Assembly: GCA_963827275.1 (NCBI GenBank)
Contig: CAWHAA010000001.1
Span: 160,001 to 224,000 of the forward strand
DNA from: an uncultured Spirochaetota bacterium
GTDB lineage: Bacteria > Spirochaetota > UBA4802 > UBA5550
Length of the DNA stretch: 64,000 bases
Reading direction: 5' to 3'
Shown: positions 12,435 through 21,909 of the stretch, one piece after another
Numbering within the stretch: position 1 is the first letter of the stretch
Layout: every line of letters begins with the position of its first letter
The notes under the pieces: generated by a model
Database searches by the model: none
What the model was told of the DNA's origin: nothing
The model's input: only the letters and a program-made list of their open reading frames with translations
Program-made: the position numbers and the translations under genes

Positions 12435-12800
12435 ATGAAAAAGAAAGCCGTGTGCATATCGCTGCTGGCCGTCATGGCGCTGTGCGGCGCTGCGTTCAGC
12501 CAGGCGGCCCCGGAAAAGACGGAGCCCGTGCCGGTCGAGTACGGTCAAACCATCATCGGCTCATGGAAATTTGACCTTGGCGGCGGGTTCACGGCGTCAA
12601 TTGAATACAAGGCGGACGGCACTTTCGAGCAGAAGGTTGACCGGCTGGTCATAAAGGGAAAATACGAGCTCACCGGAAATAAATTGAAAACCGTGACAAA
12701 AGGGCAGACGACGCAGTTCACCATCGTCTCTTTTGAGAACAACAAGCTGACCATCAAGCGCGACAAGGACGGCCGCGTTATAGTCTACCAGAAGCATTAG
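12435..12800 (+). CDS. Small exported lipocalin-like beta-barrel protein (DUF5640-like)
   Basis: AGGAG RBS and signal peptide; IIGSW...ADGTF...GKYEL.GNKL pattern. Confidence 0.6.
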   Translation: MKKKAVCISLLAVMALCGAAFSQAAPEKTEPVPVEYGQTIIGSWKFDLGGGFTASIEYKADGTFEQKVDRLVIKGKYELTGNKLKTVTKGQTTQFTIVSFENNKLTIKRDKDGRVIVYQKH

Positions 12801-13222
12801 GCGCGCACGCGGCATGAACCGCGCCGCCCGCCGGGCAGCCCCACAGGGCCGGCGAATATCCTTCCAGGCCTGTTTTCCGCATAGCTGCCGATGGCATTTC
12901 CCGGCCTGACGCCGTAAAGGTGCCGGTTATCACAGGATTGTCCCATCCCCCCGCAGGCTGTGTATCTGCCGCCGGAAACCCCGGCAGGCGGCCCCACACA
13001 TCAAAATAGTTGAACATCATGTCCGATTAGTCCACTTAATCAGCTCATACCCATCCAGGTTATTTATTTATTTTAAAACTTATGAGTCAACGCCGCTACT
13101 TTCATTGACAATAAACAGGGGGATACAAAAAATGTTTACACGGGGGCAGGAAATGTATATTTTTTCCGCCTCCCAAGTCAACCATAGCTGGCTGATCTTT
13201 TAAGATTATTCGGAGGTACTCT

Positions 13223-15049
13223 ATGAGCGCATTTAAACCGTATGATGAAACAACCATCCCGGGGATCTTCAAGAACAGGGTGGCACACGTTCACACAAAA
13301 GTATTCGCGAAAATTCGCGAAGGAAAGGTCTGGAAGGACTATACGTACGACGACGCCAACGAGCAGGTTGACGCGCTTGCCTCGTATTTCATAAAGAAAG
13401 GGATCAAACCCGGGGACAAGATCGCCATATATTCCAACAACAGGCCGGAATGGTGCATCTCGGACATCGCGTCCCACGCGATCGGCGCGGCGGACGTTAC
13501 GATCTACCCGACGAATTCCGGCCCCGAAGCGTCGTACATATTAAACGATTCCGGCGCGAAGGTGTGCATGTGCGCGGGCAAGTTCCAGGTGGACAATCTC
13601 CTCGGCGAGAAGAAAAAGCTGAAAGCCCTCAAGGAGATCATCGTGTTTGATGAGCTCGATTACAAGGACAAGACGGTCGTCAGGTTTTCCGACGCGCTCA
13701 GGCAGGGCCGGAAAAACCTCAACCTGAAGGAGATCGACAAGCGGCTGCGGGCCATCGACCTCGAGGAAACGGCCACGCTGATCTATACCTCCGGCACCAC
13801 CGGCGACCCGAAGGGGGTCATGCTGACCCACAACAACCTGGTGACCAACACGAAGCAGTTCCTGGAGCACCATCCGTTCCCGAAGGAAAACTTCGAGGCG
13901 CTGTGCGTCTCCCTCCTGCCCCTCTCGCACTCGCTCGAGCGCACCATCGGCTACAATTCGATCATCCATGAGTCCGGGACCATCGCCTATACCAAGGGCG
14001 CCGAGACCCTGGTCCAGGACCTGAAAGACATCAGGCCCTACTGCTGCGTGTACGTGCCCCGGGTGCTGGAAAAGCTGTACGAAGGGATCATGTCGCAGCT
14101 GCGCGACGCCCCGCCGAGCAAGAAGAAGCTGTTCAGCCTGGCCATGAAGGCCGGCAAGCGGGCGGTGCCCTACATACTGTCGAACCGGCCCCTGCCCTTC
14201 CCGCTCAGCGTGAACTACCGGATGGCGGACAAGGTGATCTTTTCCAAGATCAGGGCGGCGCTCGGCCTCGACCGGATGATCGTCATGGGCGTCGGCGGCG
14301 CGCCGCTGTCCGACACCATCAACGAGTTCTTCCAGGCCCTCGGCATCGAGGTGCACCTCGGCTACGGACTGACCGAAACCACGCCGGTGACACACCTGAA
14401 CACCTTCAGGTATATCAGGCCGATCAAGCTGGGCACGTGCGGCCCCGCGTTTCCGCGGACCGAGTGCCGGATCGCGGATGACGGCGAGGTCATGATCCGC
14501 GGACCGCAGGTCATGAAGGGGTATTACAACAGGCCCGAGGACACGAAGGAGGTGCTGACCGGGGACGGCTGGTTTCACACCGGCGACATCGGCGTGATCG
14601 ATGAAGACGGCTACCTGAAGATCACCGACAGGAAAAAGGACATCATCATCACCGCGGGCGGAAAGAACGTGGCGCCGCAGGTGATCGAGGGCATGTTTAT
14701 CACGCACCCCTTCATCGAGCAGATGGCGGTCATCGGCGACCAGATGAAATACCTGGTGTCGCTGATCGTGCCCTGCTTCCCCGAGGTGGTCAAGTGGGCA
14801 AAGACGAAAGGCATCGCCGAGACCGACCCGAAAAAGCTGATCAAGAACCCCGAGGTCATGAAGAAATTCAAGGACATCGTGGACGAGCTGAACAGGCCCC
14901 TCGGCAGGGTGGAGCAGATCAAGAGCTTCTCGCTCCTGGACCAGCCCTTCACCCAGGAATCCGGCGAGCTGACGCCGACCCTCAAGGTAAAGAGGAAAGT
15001 GGTGCTGAAGAACTACAGGGACGTGATCGACGGGATGTACAGGGAATAG
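13223..15049 (+). CDS. Long-chain fatty-acid--CoA ligase (AMP-dependent synthetase)
   Basis: YTSGTTGDPKG, GYGLTET, WFHTGDIG and GELTPTLKVKR motifs. Confidence 0.93.
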   Translation: MSAFKPYDETTIPGIFKNRVAHVHTKVFAKIREGKVWKDYTYDDANEQVDALASYFIKKGIKPGDKIAIYSNNRPEWCISDIASHAIGAADVTIYPTNSGPEASYILNDSGAKVCMCAGKFQVDNLLGEKKKLKALKEIIVFDELDYKDKTVVRFSDALRQGRKNLNLKEIDKRLRAIDLEETATLIYTSGTTGDPKGVMLTHNNLVTNTKQFLEHHPFPKENFEALCVSLLPLSHSLERTIGYNSIIHESGTIAYTKGAETLVQDLKDIRPYCCVYVPRVLEKLYEGIMSQLRDAPPSKKKLFSLAMKAGKRAVPYILSNRPLPFPLSVNYRMADKVIFSKIRAALGLDRMIVMGVGGAPLSDTINEFFQALGIEVHLGYGLTETTPVTHLNTFRYIRPIKLGTCGPAFPRTECRIADDGEVMIRGPQVMKGYYNRPEDTKEVLTGDGWFHTGDIGVIDEDGYLKITDRKKDIIITAGGKNVAPQVIEGMFITHPFIEQMAVIGDQMKYLVSLIVPCFPEVVKWAKTKGIAETDPKKLIKNPEVMKKFKDIVDELNRPLGRVEQIKSFSLLDQPFTQESGELTPTLKVKRKVVLKNYRDVIDGMYRE

Positions 15050-15069
15050 GGTCCATCTCAATTTTTAAC

Positions 15070-15104
15070 AAAAAAGACGGCGTTGACCAACGCCGTCTTT
15101 TTTT
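15070..15104. terminator. Bidirectional rho-independent terminator
   Basis: AAAAAAGACGGCGTTG-AC-CAACGCCGTCTTTTTTT. Confidence 0.9.
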
Positions 15105-15244
15105 AAAAGCACGAGTTTTAGTAATATCTTTAAATCATATGCCGTTGCCCCGGTTTCATCGTTTTGAAATCGAGCTTCAAACATTGAAGTATCTATTCTC
15201 CCCTCTACATGATAGTTTATGGCATACTCAAACATTCCCGGCAT
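15105..15244 (-). mobile_element. Truncated IS1182-family transposase remnant (N-terminal fragment)
   Basis: Manual translation gives MPGMFEYAINYHVEGRIDTSMFEARFQNDETGATAYDLKILLKLVL, which resembles IS1182 N-termini (PGTFE.A......D.S.F...Y.NDETGA.AYDP..LLK..L). Confidence 0.7.
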
Positions 15245-15336
15245 GTAATGAGAATTTAATTGTTTGCATTAGTCAATTAATTTCAACTAACAGTGACTTA
15301 TTCCACAGACTCGTCATACGCCATTCGCCCTGACAT

Positions 15337-15663
15337 TTAATCCAGATCAAAAGCTATTAATATAGCTTTATTTAATTCATTTAATTTTTGAGGAGATAAA
15401 GTCCCGATGTAATCAGTTAATAAAGATTTTGGAATACTAATAATTTCATCACAATAAATACAACTATCATGTTTTAAACCATCATCTATCCCGATAGGGA
15501 CTTGCGTTGAAATTCCAAGATAGTTTGAATAAACAGGGGCGCAAATAACAGTGGAAAATTTTGAATCAATCAGGGTTTGTCTACTTAGAATAGCAAAAAC
15601 ACGATAATTCTTTGTATCGTGCTTAGATCCCTTAAAGACCCTATAAAGATCACCCCGCTTCAA
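15337..15663 (-). CDS. PemK/MazF family endoribonuclease toxin
   Basis: MKRGDLYRV...K.YR.FAILSRQ...STVICAPV...[13 protein letters not shown]; overlaps the antitoxin stop by 4 nt. Confidence 0.88.
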   Translation of the reverse strand: MKRGDLYRVFKGSKHDTKNYRVFAILSRQTLIDSKFSTVICAPVYSNYLGISTQVPIGIDDGLKHDSCIYCDEIISIPKSLLTDYIGTLSPQKLNELNKAILIAFDLD

Positions 15664-15890
15664 ATATGAACCTGGCAGGATAAGATATCATCAGCTTCTT
15701 TATTTAATTCATCAGCAGAGCGATTAATAATATCCAGATCATTTTTATTGCGCAGATTACGTTTTTTATGAACCAAGTAATTTTTAATAGCTTCTTCAAT
15801 AAAAAGGGAGCGATTCCCTGATTTGGAAATAATTAGATCAATTTCTTTTAGAAGGCTTTTAGACAGAGTAATGGATGTTTTAACTTTCAT
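15660..15890 (-). CDS. Ribbon-helix-helix (CopG/MazE-like) antitoxin
   Basis: [17 protein letters not shown]...[14 protein letters not shown] is an RHH pattern; lies directly upstream of the toxin. Confidence 0.85.
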   Translation of the reverse strand: MKVKTSITLSKSLLKEIDLIISKSGNRSLFIEEAIKNYLVHKKRNLRNKNDLDIINRSADELNKEADDILSCQVHI

Positions 15891-15924
15891 ACTACCAATA
15901 TACTACCACAACAATACTTGTCAA
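15889..15924 (-). promoter_or_regulatory. Sigma70 promoter of the TA operon with a direct-repeat operator
   Basis: TTGACA-16 nt-TATATT ends 6 nt before the ATG. TGGTAGTAT occurs twice at an 11-bp period across the -10 box. Confidence 0.6.
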
Positions 15925-16039
15925 GATTTTTCATACTGCAAATCTTTATAATGAATTACTTCTGTTTTTGTTGGCTTTCTTGTAGATGTAATTCGAATAA
16001 TAATTAAAGAACGATGTTCTGGGGTGGTGTACTGTAAAT

Positions 16040-16627
16040 TTAATTGTCATCATATTTATTCTCCTTTTTCCATCTAATAATATATGCCCCTGTTTCTGGA
16101 TTTTTTTGTCGTTCAGTATAAACAAACGTATGATTCTTTGTTTCAACATGCTCCTTCAACTTTTCAAATATTGGATGTGAACAATTGTCATAAATCCAAT
16201 CAAGCAATAGTAAATAATAACGTTTTTTTCTTTCTTCTTTATCTTTCGGTTGTATACATCCCGGTGCACTTTTTGCAGTATAGTTCAATTTTTCATTTTC
16301 CCATATATTAGTTTTCTTGTTAAATTTTTTACCTATCATTATATAATCATCAGCACTAGGTTCATCGGCCCCGGATTTTAAAAGCATCTCAATTGTTTCA
16401 ATATTTCCACGTTCACACGCATATCTTAAAGCAAGATTCCAATATTTATTTACTTTCAATGGAAATTTACTGGGATTTAATTTATTTGTGTCAATAAGCA
16501 TTTGTATAATGTCATTATAACTATTTACGACTGCCCACAATAAAACTTCTTCATTGCCCTTTTCAAAATTATCCATTTTTTGTATTTGATTAATAATTTG
16601 AATTTGTGGTATTGTGTATAAATCCAT
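16040..16627 (-). CDS. Ankyrin-repeat-containing protein
   Basis: LLWAVVNSYNDIIQMLI and ALRYACERGNIETIEMLLKSGAD repeats. Confidence 0.72.
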   Translation of the reverse strand: MDLYTIPQIQIINQIQKMDNFEKGNEEVLLWAVVNSYNDIIQMLIDTNKLNPSKFPLKVNKYWNLALRYACERGNIETIEMLLKSGADEPSADDYIMIGKKFNKKTNIWENEKLNYTAKSAPGCIQPKDKEERKKRYYLLLLDWIYDNCSHPIFEKLKEHVETKNHTFVYTERQKNPETGAYIIRWKKENKYDDN

Positions 16628-16727
16628 GTTCTATCCTTTTTTAGTACGAATAACACAATAGAAAAACGAGTGTATCCAATCCAGGCCTTCGATTATTAAT
16701 ACGTCGAACAATCCCGCAATATTTATT

Positions 16728-17633
16728 TTAAGAATTTAAAGCTACAAGAAAATCATTTTCAGAAACAATACTTATTTTAGCACCTTCCTTTTTATATTCC
16801 ATCGCCTTTTCAATTTTACCTCCATAAGTTGTATATTTCCAACATGGGTTAGATAAATCACCAATGACAAGATAATTTAAATCAAGTGTCACGTTCTTTT
16901 GGGATATCCCTCCACGTTCAATAATCAAATCAATTACAGTCCCACGTTTTACTTTCATCAATCCAGTTATACAAACTGATTTTCCTTCAATTGTTATATT
17001 CACCACCTTTTCAGTAATTCCCTTCATCGTTTCTACAATCGGTGCGTCTGTTTCCATCCATCTATTGACGAATACTGTTTTATCATACACTTTAAAATTT
17101 GTTTTATTGTCTTGAAAACCAGTAATAAAATTTAATAATTTGATTTCTTCTTCTTTTGTTACAACACCATCTTCTAATATTTTTTGTAAATGATTATATA
17201 ATTTATCGAATGGCCATTTCGTGATTACTGGCTCATGGTACAACATCCATTTTTCTAATGCCTTTACTTCATCTGTATTAATTATGTTATCCGCACCAAT
17301 ACCTAGAACAAACCCATGTAAAACTTGAATTTCATTTTTCAAGTTATCATATGGGCTGTTTTCTTCTTCATAATTTTTACAATACTGCATTAAATCATCT
17401 TGTTCATATTCATCAATAATTTCATCTTCAACTATCCTTTCAATCATTTCATATATTTCACAAAATGGCATTTTATATAATAAGTTGTTATGAGTTTCCA
17501 ACCATTCTTTCAGTTTTTGTAATTCTTTAATGTTAATCTTTCTATCTGCTTTAATGCCAGATAATACACCTATTAGTTTATTTGTTGCCCGTTCAAAGTC
17601 ATTTGACATAGCTGGCATTATACTATCCCCCAT
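16728..17633 (-). CDS. BRCT-domain protein with two tandem N-terminal TerB-like helical repeats
   Basis: The repeat L.G...GI.AD..IN..E...L..W...H.....PF...I.ED occurs twice. The C-terminal GKSVCITG..R..RGG..VT..LNYLVIG..W..YGGKIEKA is a BRCT pattern. Confidence 0.8.
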   Translation of the reverse strand: MGDSIMPAMSNDFERATNKLIGVLSGIKADRKINIKELQKLKEWLETHNNLLYKMPFCEIYEMIERIVEDEIIDEYEQDDLMQYCKNYEEENSPYDNLKNEIQVLHGFVLGIGADNIINTDEVKALEKWMLYHEPVITKWPFDKLYNHLQKILEDGVVTKEEEIKLLNFITGFQDNKTNFKVYDKTVFVNRWMETDAPIVETMKGITEKVVNITIEGKSVCITGLMKVKRGTVIDLIIERGGISQKNVTLDLNYLVIGDLSNPCWKYTTYGGKIEKAMEYKKEGAKISIVSENDFLVALNS

Positions 17634-17685
17634 AAATAATATATTATATAAAATGATTTATCACATAACAGCTAAATGTCAATAT

Positions 17686-17716
17686 AAAAAAGCCGGGGGG
17701 TTAATCCCGGCTTTTT
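17686..17716. terminator. Bidirectional terminator-like hairpin at the island boundary
   Basis: AAAAAAGCCGGGGGG-TTAA-TCCCGGCTTTTT. Confidence 0.7.
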
Positions 17717-17886
17717 AAATGTAAATACTGATACCGTTTACAAATTTTTATTTATTATAAAATTACTTTCATTATCCTTTTTCTGTAAATCATGTAAACA
17801 AACGGGGATAAAATCCGATGAAATAATTATCGGGTCATACATGGGCCCAACGCCAGTCAGGACGATTGCGGGACTGGGAGAGAGGC

Positions 17887-17921
17887 GCGAGGAGGGAGGC
17901 GGCGAAAGCGTCCCTCCTCGC
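17887..17921. terminator. GC-rich hairpin downstream of leuA
   Basis: GCGAGGAGGGA...TCCCTCCTCGC forms an 11-bp stem. Confidence 0.5.
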
Positions 17922-17967
17922 AAAAATTGCACGGCCAGCGCCGGTGGGGGCGCCGGCCCGTTAATGA

Positions 17968-19571
17968 CTACACGCCGTGGCTCTCGCCGTTGGCGCCCTG
18001 CATCATGTCCCGGCCGCGCTGCCCGGCGATCTTCATGTACTCGAGCTTGTTCAGCGCGTCCACGAACGAGTGGATCCCCGCTATGGACACGTCTATGTTG
18101 GCGGAGCTCCCGAACGCCTTGAGCTTCTTTCCTTCATGCTCGTCGGACACGGTGCAGTGCACCTCGGCGACGGCGTCGGACCCGCCGGTTATGGCGACCA
18201 GGTTAAAGGATGTAATGACCGCCGTGGTGCCGGTGATCTTCTTGACCGCGATCACGCCCGCGTCAACGCCGCCGTTGCCGTGCGCCACTTCGAATTTCTC
18301 CTTGCTCCCCTTCTTGCGGTCCTTTATCGTCACGAGGGCCATGGGCGGGGAGAACATGCCGGTGGATATCTGCACGTTCTCCACCTTGTACCGCCGGTGC
18401 TCCTCCTCCTTGAAGAACGACTCCCCTACCAGGACCATCAGGTCCTCGTCGAAGACCTCCTTCTTGCTGTCAGCGAGCGCCTTGAAAAGCCGGAAGAAGC
18501 GCTCCGTCTCCTCCTTGTCAAGGGAATAGCCGAGCGAGGCCAGGCGGTCGAGGACGGCATGCCGCCCCGAATGCTTGCCGAGCACCAGCGTGGACTTGGT
18601 GATCCCCACGTCCTCCGGCTTCATGATCTCGTAGGTCATGGCGTTCTTCAGCAGGCCGTCCTGGTGGATGCCCGATTCGTGGGCGAAGGCGTTGCCGCCC
18701 ACGACGGCCTTGTTCGGCTGCACCGAAACGCCGGTGATGTTCGAGAGAAGGCGGCTCGTGGGGACGATCTGCTTCGTGTTGATGCCGGTATGGAGCCTGA
18801 ACAGGTCGGCCCGGGTGTGGACCGCCATCACGATCTCCTCCATGGCGGTGTTCCCCGCCCGCTCGCCGATGCCGTTGACCGTGCACTCGACCTGGCGCGC
18901 CCCCGCCTCTATGGCGGCGAGCGAATTGGCCACGGCCAGGCCCAGGTCATTGTGGCAGTGGACCGAGATGACGGCGCCTGCCGATGTTCGGCACGTGCTC
19001 GAAAAGATAGCGTATCAGGCGTGTTAAAATCGGACGGGATGGCATAGCCGACCGTGTCCGGTATGTTCACCGTCACCGCGCCCGCCTCGATGACGGCATG
19101 GACCATTTCCGCGAGGTAGGCCCGGTCGCTGCGCGTCGCGTCCATCGGCGAAAATTCGACGTTTTGCGTGTATCCCTTCGCCTGGGTCACGGCCTCAACG
19201 GCGATCTTCAGCACCTCTTCCCTGGTCTTCTTGAACTGGTGGATGATGTGAATGTCCGAGCTCGATATGAAGGTGTGGATGCGGGGGTTCTCCGCGCCCT
19301 TGATGGCGTTCCACGAGACATCGATATCCTTCTGGTTCGCCCTGGCCAGCCCCGCAATCTGCACCCCGCGGGCGCGGTCCGCGATCATCTTGACCGCCTC
19401 GAAATCCCCGTCGGAAGCGATCGGGAACCCGGCCTCGATGACATCGACCCCGAGCTTGACGAGCTGGTCGGCGAACAAGATCTTTTCCTTGATGTTCATG
19501 GTAAAACCGGGCGACTGCTCGCCGTCACGAAGGGTGGTATCAAATATTATGACTTTATTGTTGTCCGTCAT
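17968..19571 (-). CDS. leuA: 2-isopropylmalate synthase (frameshifted at ~18960-19030)
   Basis: DTTLRDGEQ and IPDTVG, then [20 protein letters not shown] and LGKHSGRH in the second frame; Leu-rich leader upstream. Confidence 0.93.
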
Positions 19572-19754
19572 GGTAATTCTCCTTTATTTATAATGCTGCC
19601 TTATCAGCGTCCCGGTGCCGGGACATGAAACCGCACTCATACGATCAACGCCACTGGCGGCAGTCAAGCAACCAGGGGCACAGGCCCCGCACCCTCCAGG
19701 CAACCGTCACACTATGTTCATACTCCATTATCGTACCATCCAGTCTCATATCAT

Positions 19755-19785
19755 AAAAAAAGCCGCCACTGTTGTGACGGCTTTT
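19755..19785 (-). terminator. Attenuator terminator of the leuA leader
   Basis: Minus strand: AAAAGCCGTCAC-AACA-GTGGCGGC-TTTTTTT. Confidence 0.85.
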
Positions 19786-19809
19786 ATACTTGCGTATTAA
19801 AAAAAGGCA

Positions 19810-19887
19810 TCACAAACCCGGGCCAGTGCTGGTAAGAGCCAGGCTTAATAACAGGGTTAGGAGCAGGGTGTTCTTCAGGGATGCCAT
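19810..19887 (-). CDS. leu leader peptide (25 aa, 10 Leu)
   Basis: Translates as MASLKNTLLLTLLLSLALTSTGPGL* and is followed by a terminator upstream of leuA. Confidence 0.85.
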   Translation of the reverse strand: MASLKNTLLLTLLLSLALTSTGPGL

Positions 19888-20131
19888 GTTTATACTCACA
19901 AAATCTACTATCACACATTACCTGCAAAATCGGCATATGTGTATACTAACTATAGTGCAACAATCAGGAGTGTGTCCAATATTGTCAATATAAAATCTGA
20001 TCGTATAATGCGCGGTGACATAATATTTGAAAATGGCTCCTGAAATTTATTATTAATAATATTAATAGCTCTTGACTTAAATACCGTCCAGCGATACTTT
20101 TTTATTGCAAGCATTATTACATGGATGATAC

Positions 20132-20959
20132 ATGCGACAGATAAAAGGAATTATCGGCATATACAGCCGGCGGGCCAGGGACCAGATCAACGAAGCGGGG
20201 ACCAGGTTTCTCGCCCGGGCAGGCCTCGAGGCAATTTCCCAGGAACTGTTCGCCTGCCTTGATGAGCTCATCAAGAACGCGGTCAAGGCGAATTACAAGT
20301 TCCTTCTCCTGAGGGAGCGGATAGAGAACAGGCTGCAGCAGCTCCATCCCGGGAAGAGCGCCGAAGAGATCGGCGCGGACATCAGCGATATCATAAAGAT
20401 CCCGGAGCACTTCAACCGCCTCGCGGGGGACATCCTCAGTAGCGAAGACCTCTCAACCACCGTGCGTGAAATCCTCAATGAAGAATCAAAGCTGCTCGCC
20501 ATTAAAAACAGGGCATACCTTGAAAACCGTGATTTCAACGATCCCGAGAAGCGCATCATGGAAGACCTTGCCGGGATACGGGAGATCAGGAAAAAAATCA
20601 GGGAGCGCAATGTCAGGGTCATGTGGAGCATCCAGGCCGATGAAGATTTTGTCTATATCGACGTCATGAACACCGCCCCGATACTGACACGGGACCTGTA
20701 CCGCATACATAAAAAGCGGGAAGAGTACCGGCTCTGCCGGGAGCGCGGAAAAGAATACGAGTTCTTTATCAATAACATCGATACCAGCGAATCCGGGTTC
20801 GGCCTCGGGTTTGCGAAGATCGATGCGATACTGAACAACTGGGGACTTTCCGAGGAGCGCTTTATCACTATCATATCCGCAATCAACACCACCGTCATGC
20901 TGACCCTTCCGGTTGACCTGTTGAAAAAATCAGTACTGCGGGACGACGGCGCCGCATAA
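20132..20959 (+). CDS. Stand-alone histidine-kinase-like ATPase (GHKL/anti-sigma-type) with a helical insertion
   Basis: N-box LDELIKNAVKAN and G-box ESGFGLGF, separated by about 180 aa. Confidence 0.55.
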   Translation: MRQIKGIIGIYSRRARDQINEAGTRFLARAGLEAISQELFACLDELIKNAVKANYKFLLLRERIENRLQQLHPGKSAEEIGADISDIIKIPEHFNRLAGDILSSEDLSTTVREILNEESKLLAIKNRAYLENRDFNDPEKRIMEDLAGIREIRKKIRERNVRVMWSIQADEDFVYIDVMNTAPILTRDLYRIHKKREEYRLCRERGKEYEFFINNIDTSESGFGLGFAKIDAILNNWGLSEERFITIISAINTTVMLTLPVDLLKKSVLRDDGAA

Positions 20960-20988
20960 AACAATACCCCGGGCCCGAGGCAGCCATC

Positions 20989-21909
20989 ATGGAAGCATTT
21001 TTCAATGACCCGACGCTCTTTGGCGAAGAGATACTGAACGGCCTTCACATCTTCGCCGGGAGCTGGCTTGACACGGCAATGCTGGCAATCACATCCGCCG
21101 GGAGCCATCTCTTCTACATGCTGGCGCTCCCGGTCCTCTACTGGTGCTGGGACAAGAAAAAGGCGCTCTACACCGGCGCCCTGTTCCTGATCGGCATATC
21201 GGTCAATGATTTCATAAAGACGCTGTTCAACAACCCGCGCCCCGACCCGGCGAAGCTCCTGCCGGGCATCGCCGAACTGGCGGCGCGGTACCGGCCGAAA
21301 GGCCCGGGGTTCCCGAGCGGCCACACGCAGGGCGCCGTCCTCCTGTGGGGATCGATCGCGCTTCTTGCCCGCCCCAGGGCCGTGCGGGCGCTCTGCGCCG
21401 CGATGATCGTCCTCATCCCCTACTCCCGCCTCTATCTCGGCGTGCATTACCTGGGCGATGTCATCGGCGGCTTTTTCTTCGGCGCAGTCTGCTTCGCCGT
21501 CATATACCCCGCCGCGAAATTGACGGAACGCCATTACCGTGCGGCGAATAGCGCTGTCCTGATATTACTCCTCATGCTGGTCCCGATCGCGGTGTCCTGT
21601 CTCGTGCCCGGCCACCAGATCAATACCACCATGGGGACGATATCCGGCTTCATGATCGGCGCCCTCCTTGCGGAAGAGAGGGTCCGCTTTAATCCCCGGA
21701 ACGGTCCTGCCGCCACGGCGATAAAGATAGGCATTGGCCTCGCGGTCGTGTTCGCACTACGGCTCGGGCTGAAGCAGGTGCTTCCCGACATTCCCGCGGC
21801 AGGTTTCTTCAGATACTGGTGTATCGGGTTCTGGTGCTCATTCGGCGCCCCGCTTGTTTTCGGGAAGTTCAGGGCGCTCAGGGGGGACATGGACGGGGGG
21901 TCAGAGTAA
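20989..21909 (+). CDS. PAP2-family membrane phosphatase
   Basis: K......RP, FPSGH and SRLYLGVHY..DV motifs. Confidence 0.92.
   Translation: MEAFFNDPTLFGEEILNGLHIFAGSWLDTAMLAITSAGSHLFYMLALPVLYWCWDKKKALYTGALFLIGISVNDFIKTLFNNPRPDPAKLLPGIAELAARYRPKGPGFPSGHTQGAVLLWGSIALLARPRAVRALCAAMIVLIPYSRLYLGVHYLGDVIGGFFFGAVCFAVIYPAAKLTERHYRAANSAVLILLLMLVPIAVSCLVPGHQINTTMGTISGFMIGALLAEERVRFNPRNGPAATAIKIGIGLAVVFALRLGLKQVLPDIPAAGFFRYWCIGFWCSFGAPLVFGKFRALRGDMDGGSE

Noticed and set aside
13541..15061. Long antisense ORFs (506 aa here; also 17977-19047, 33692-34849, 38724-39692 and 49312-50205)
   Set aside because: These are shadow frames opposite well-supported high-GC3 genes and have no protein-like motifs.
15280..15335. 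Integron attC-like site downstream of mazF (GTTAGTTG)
   Set aside because: There is no matching inverse core, no similar sites between the other island genes, and no integrase.
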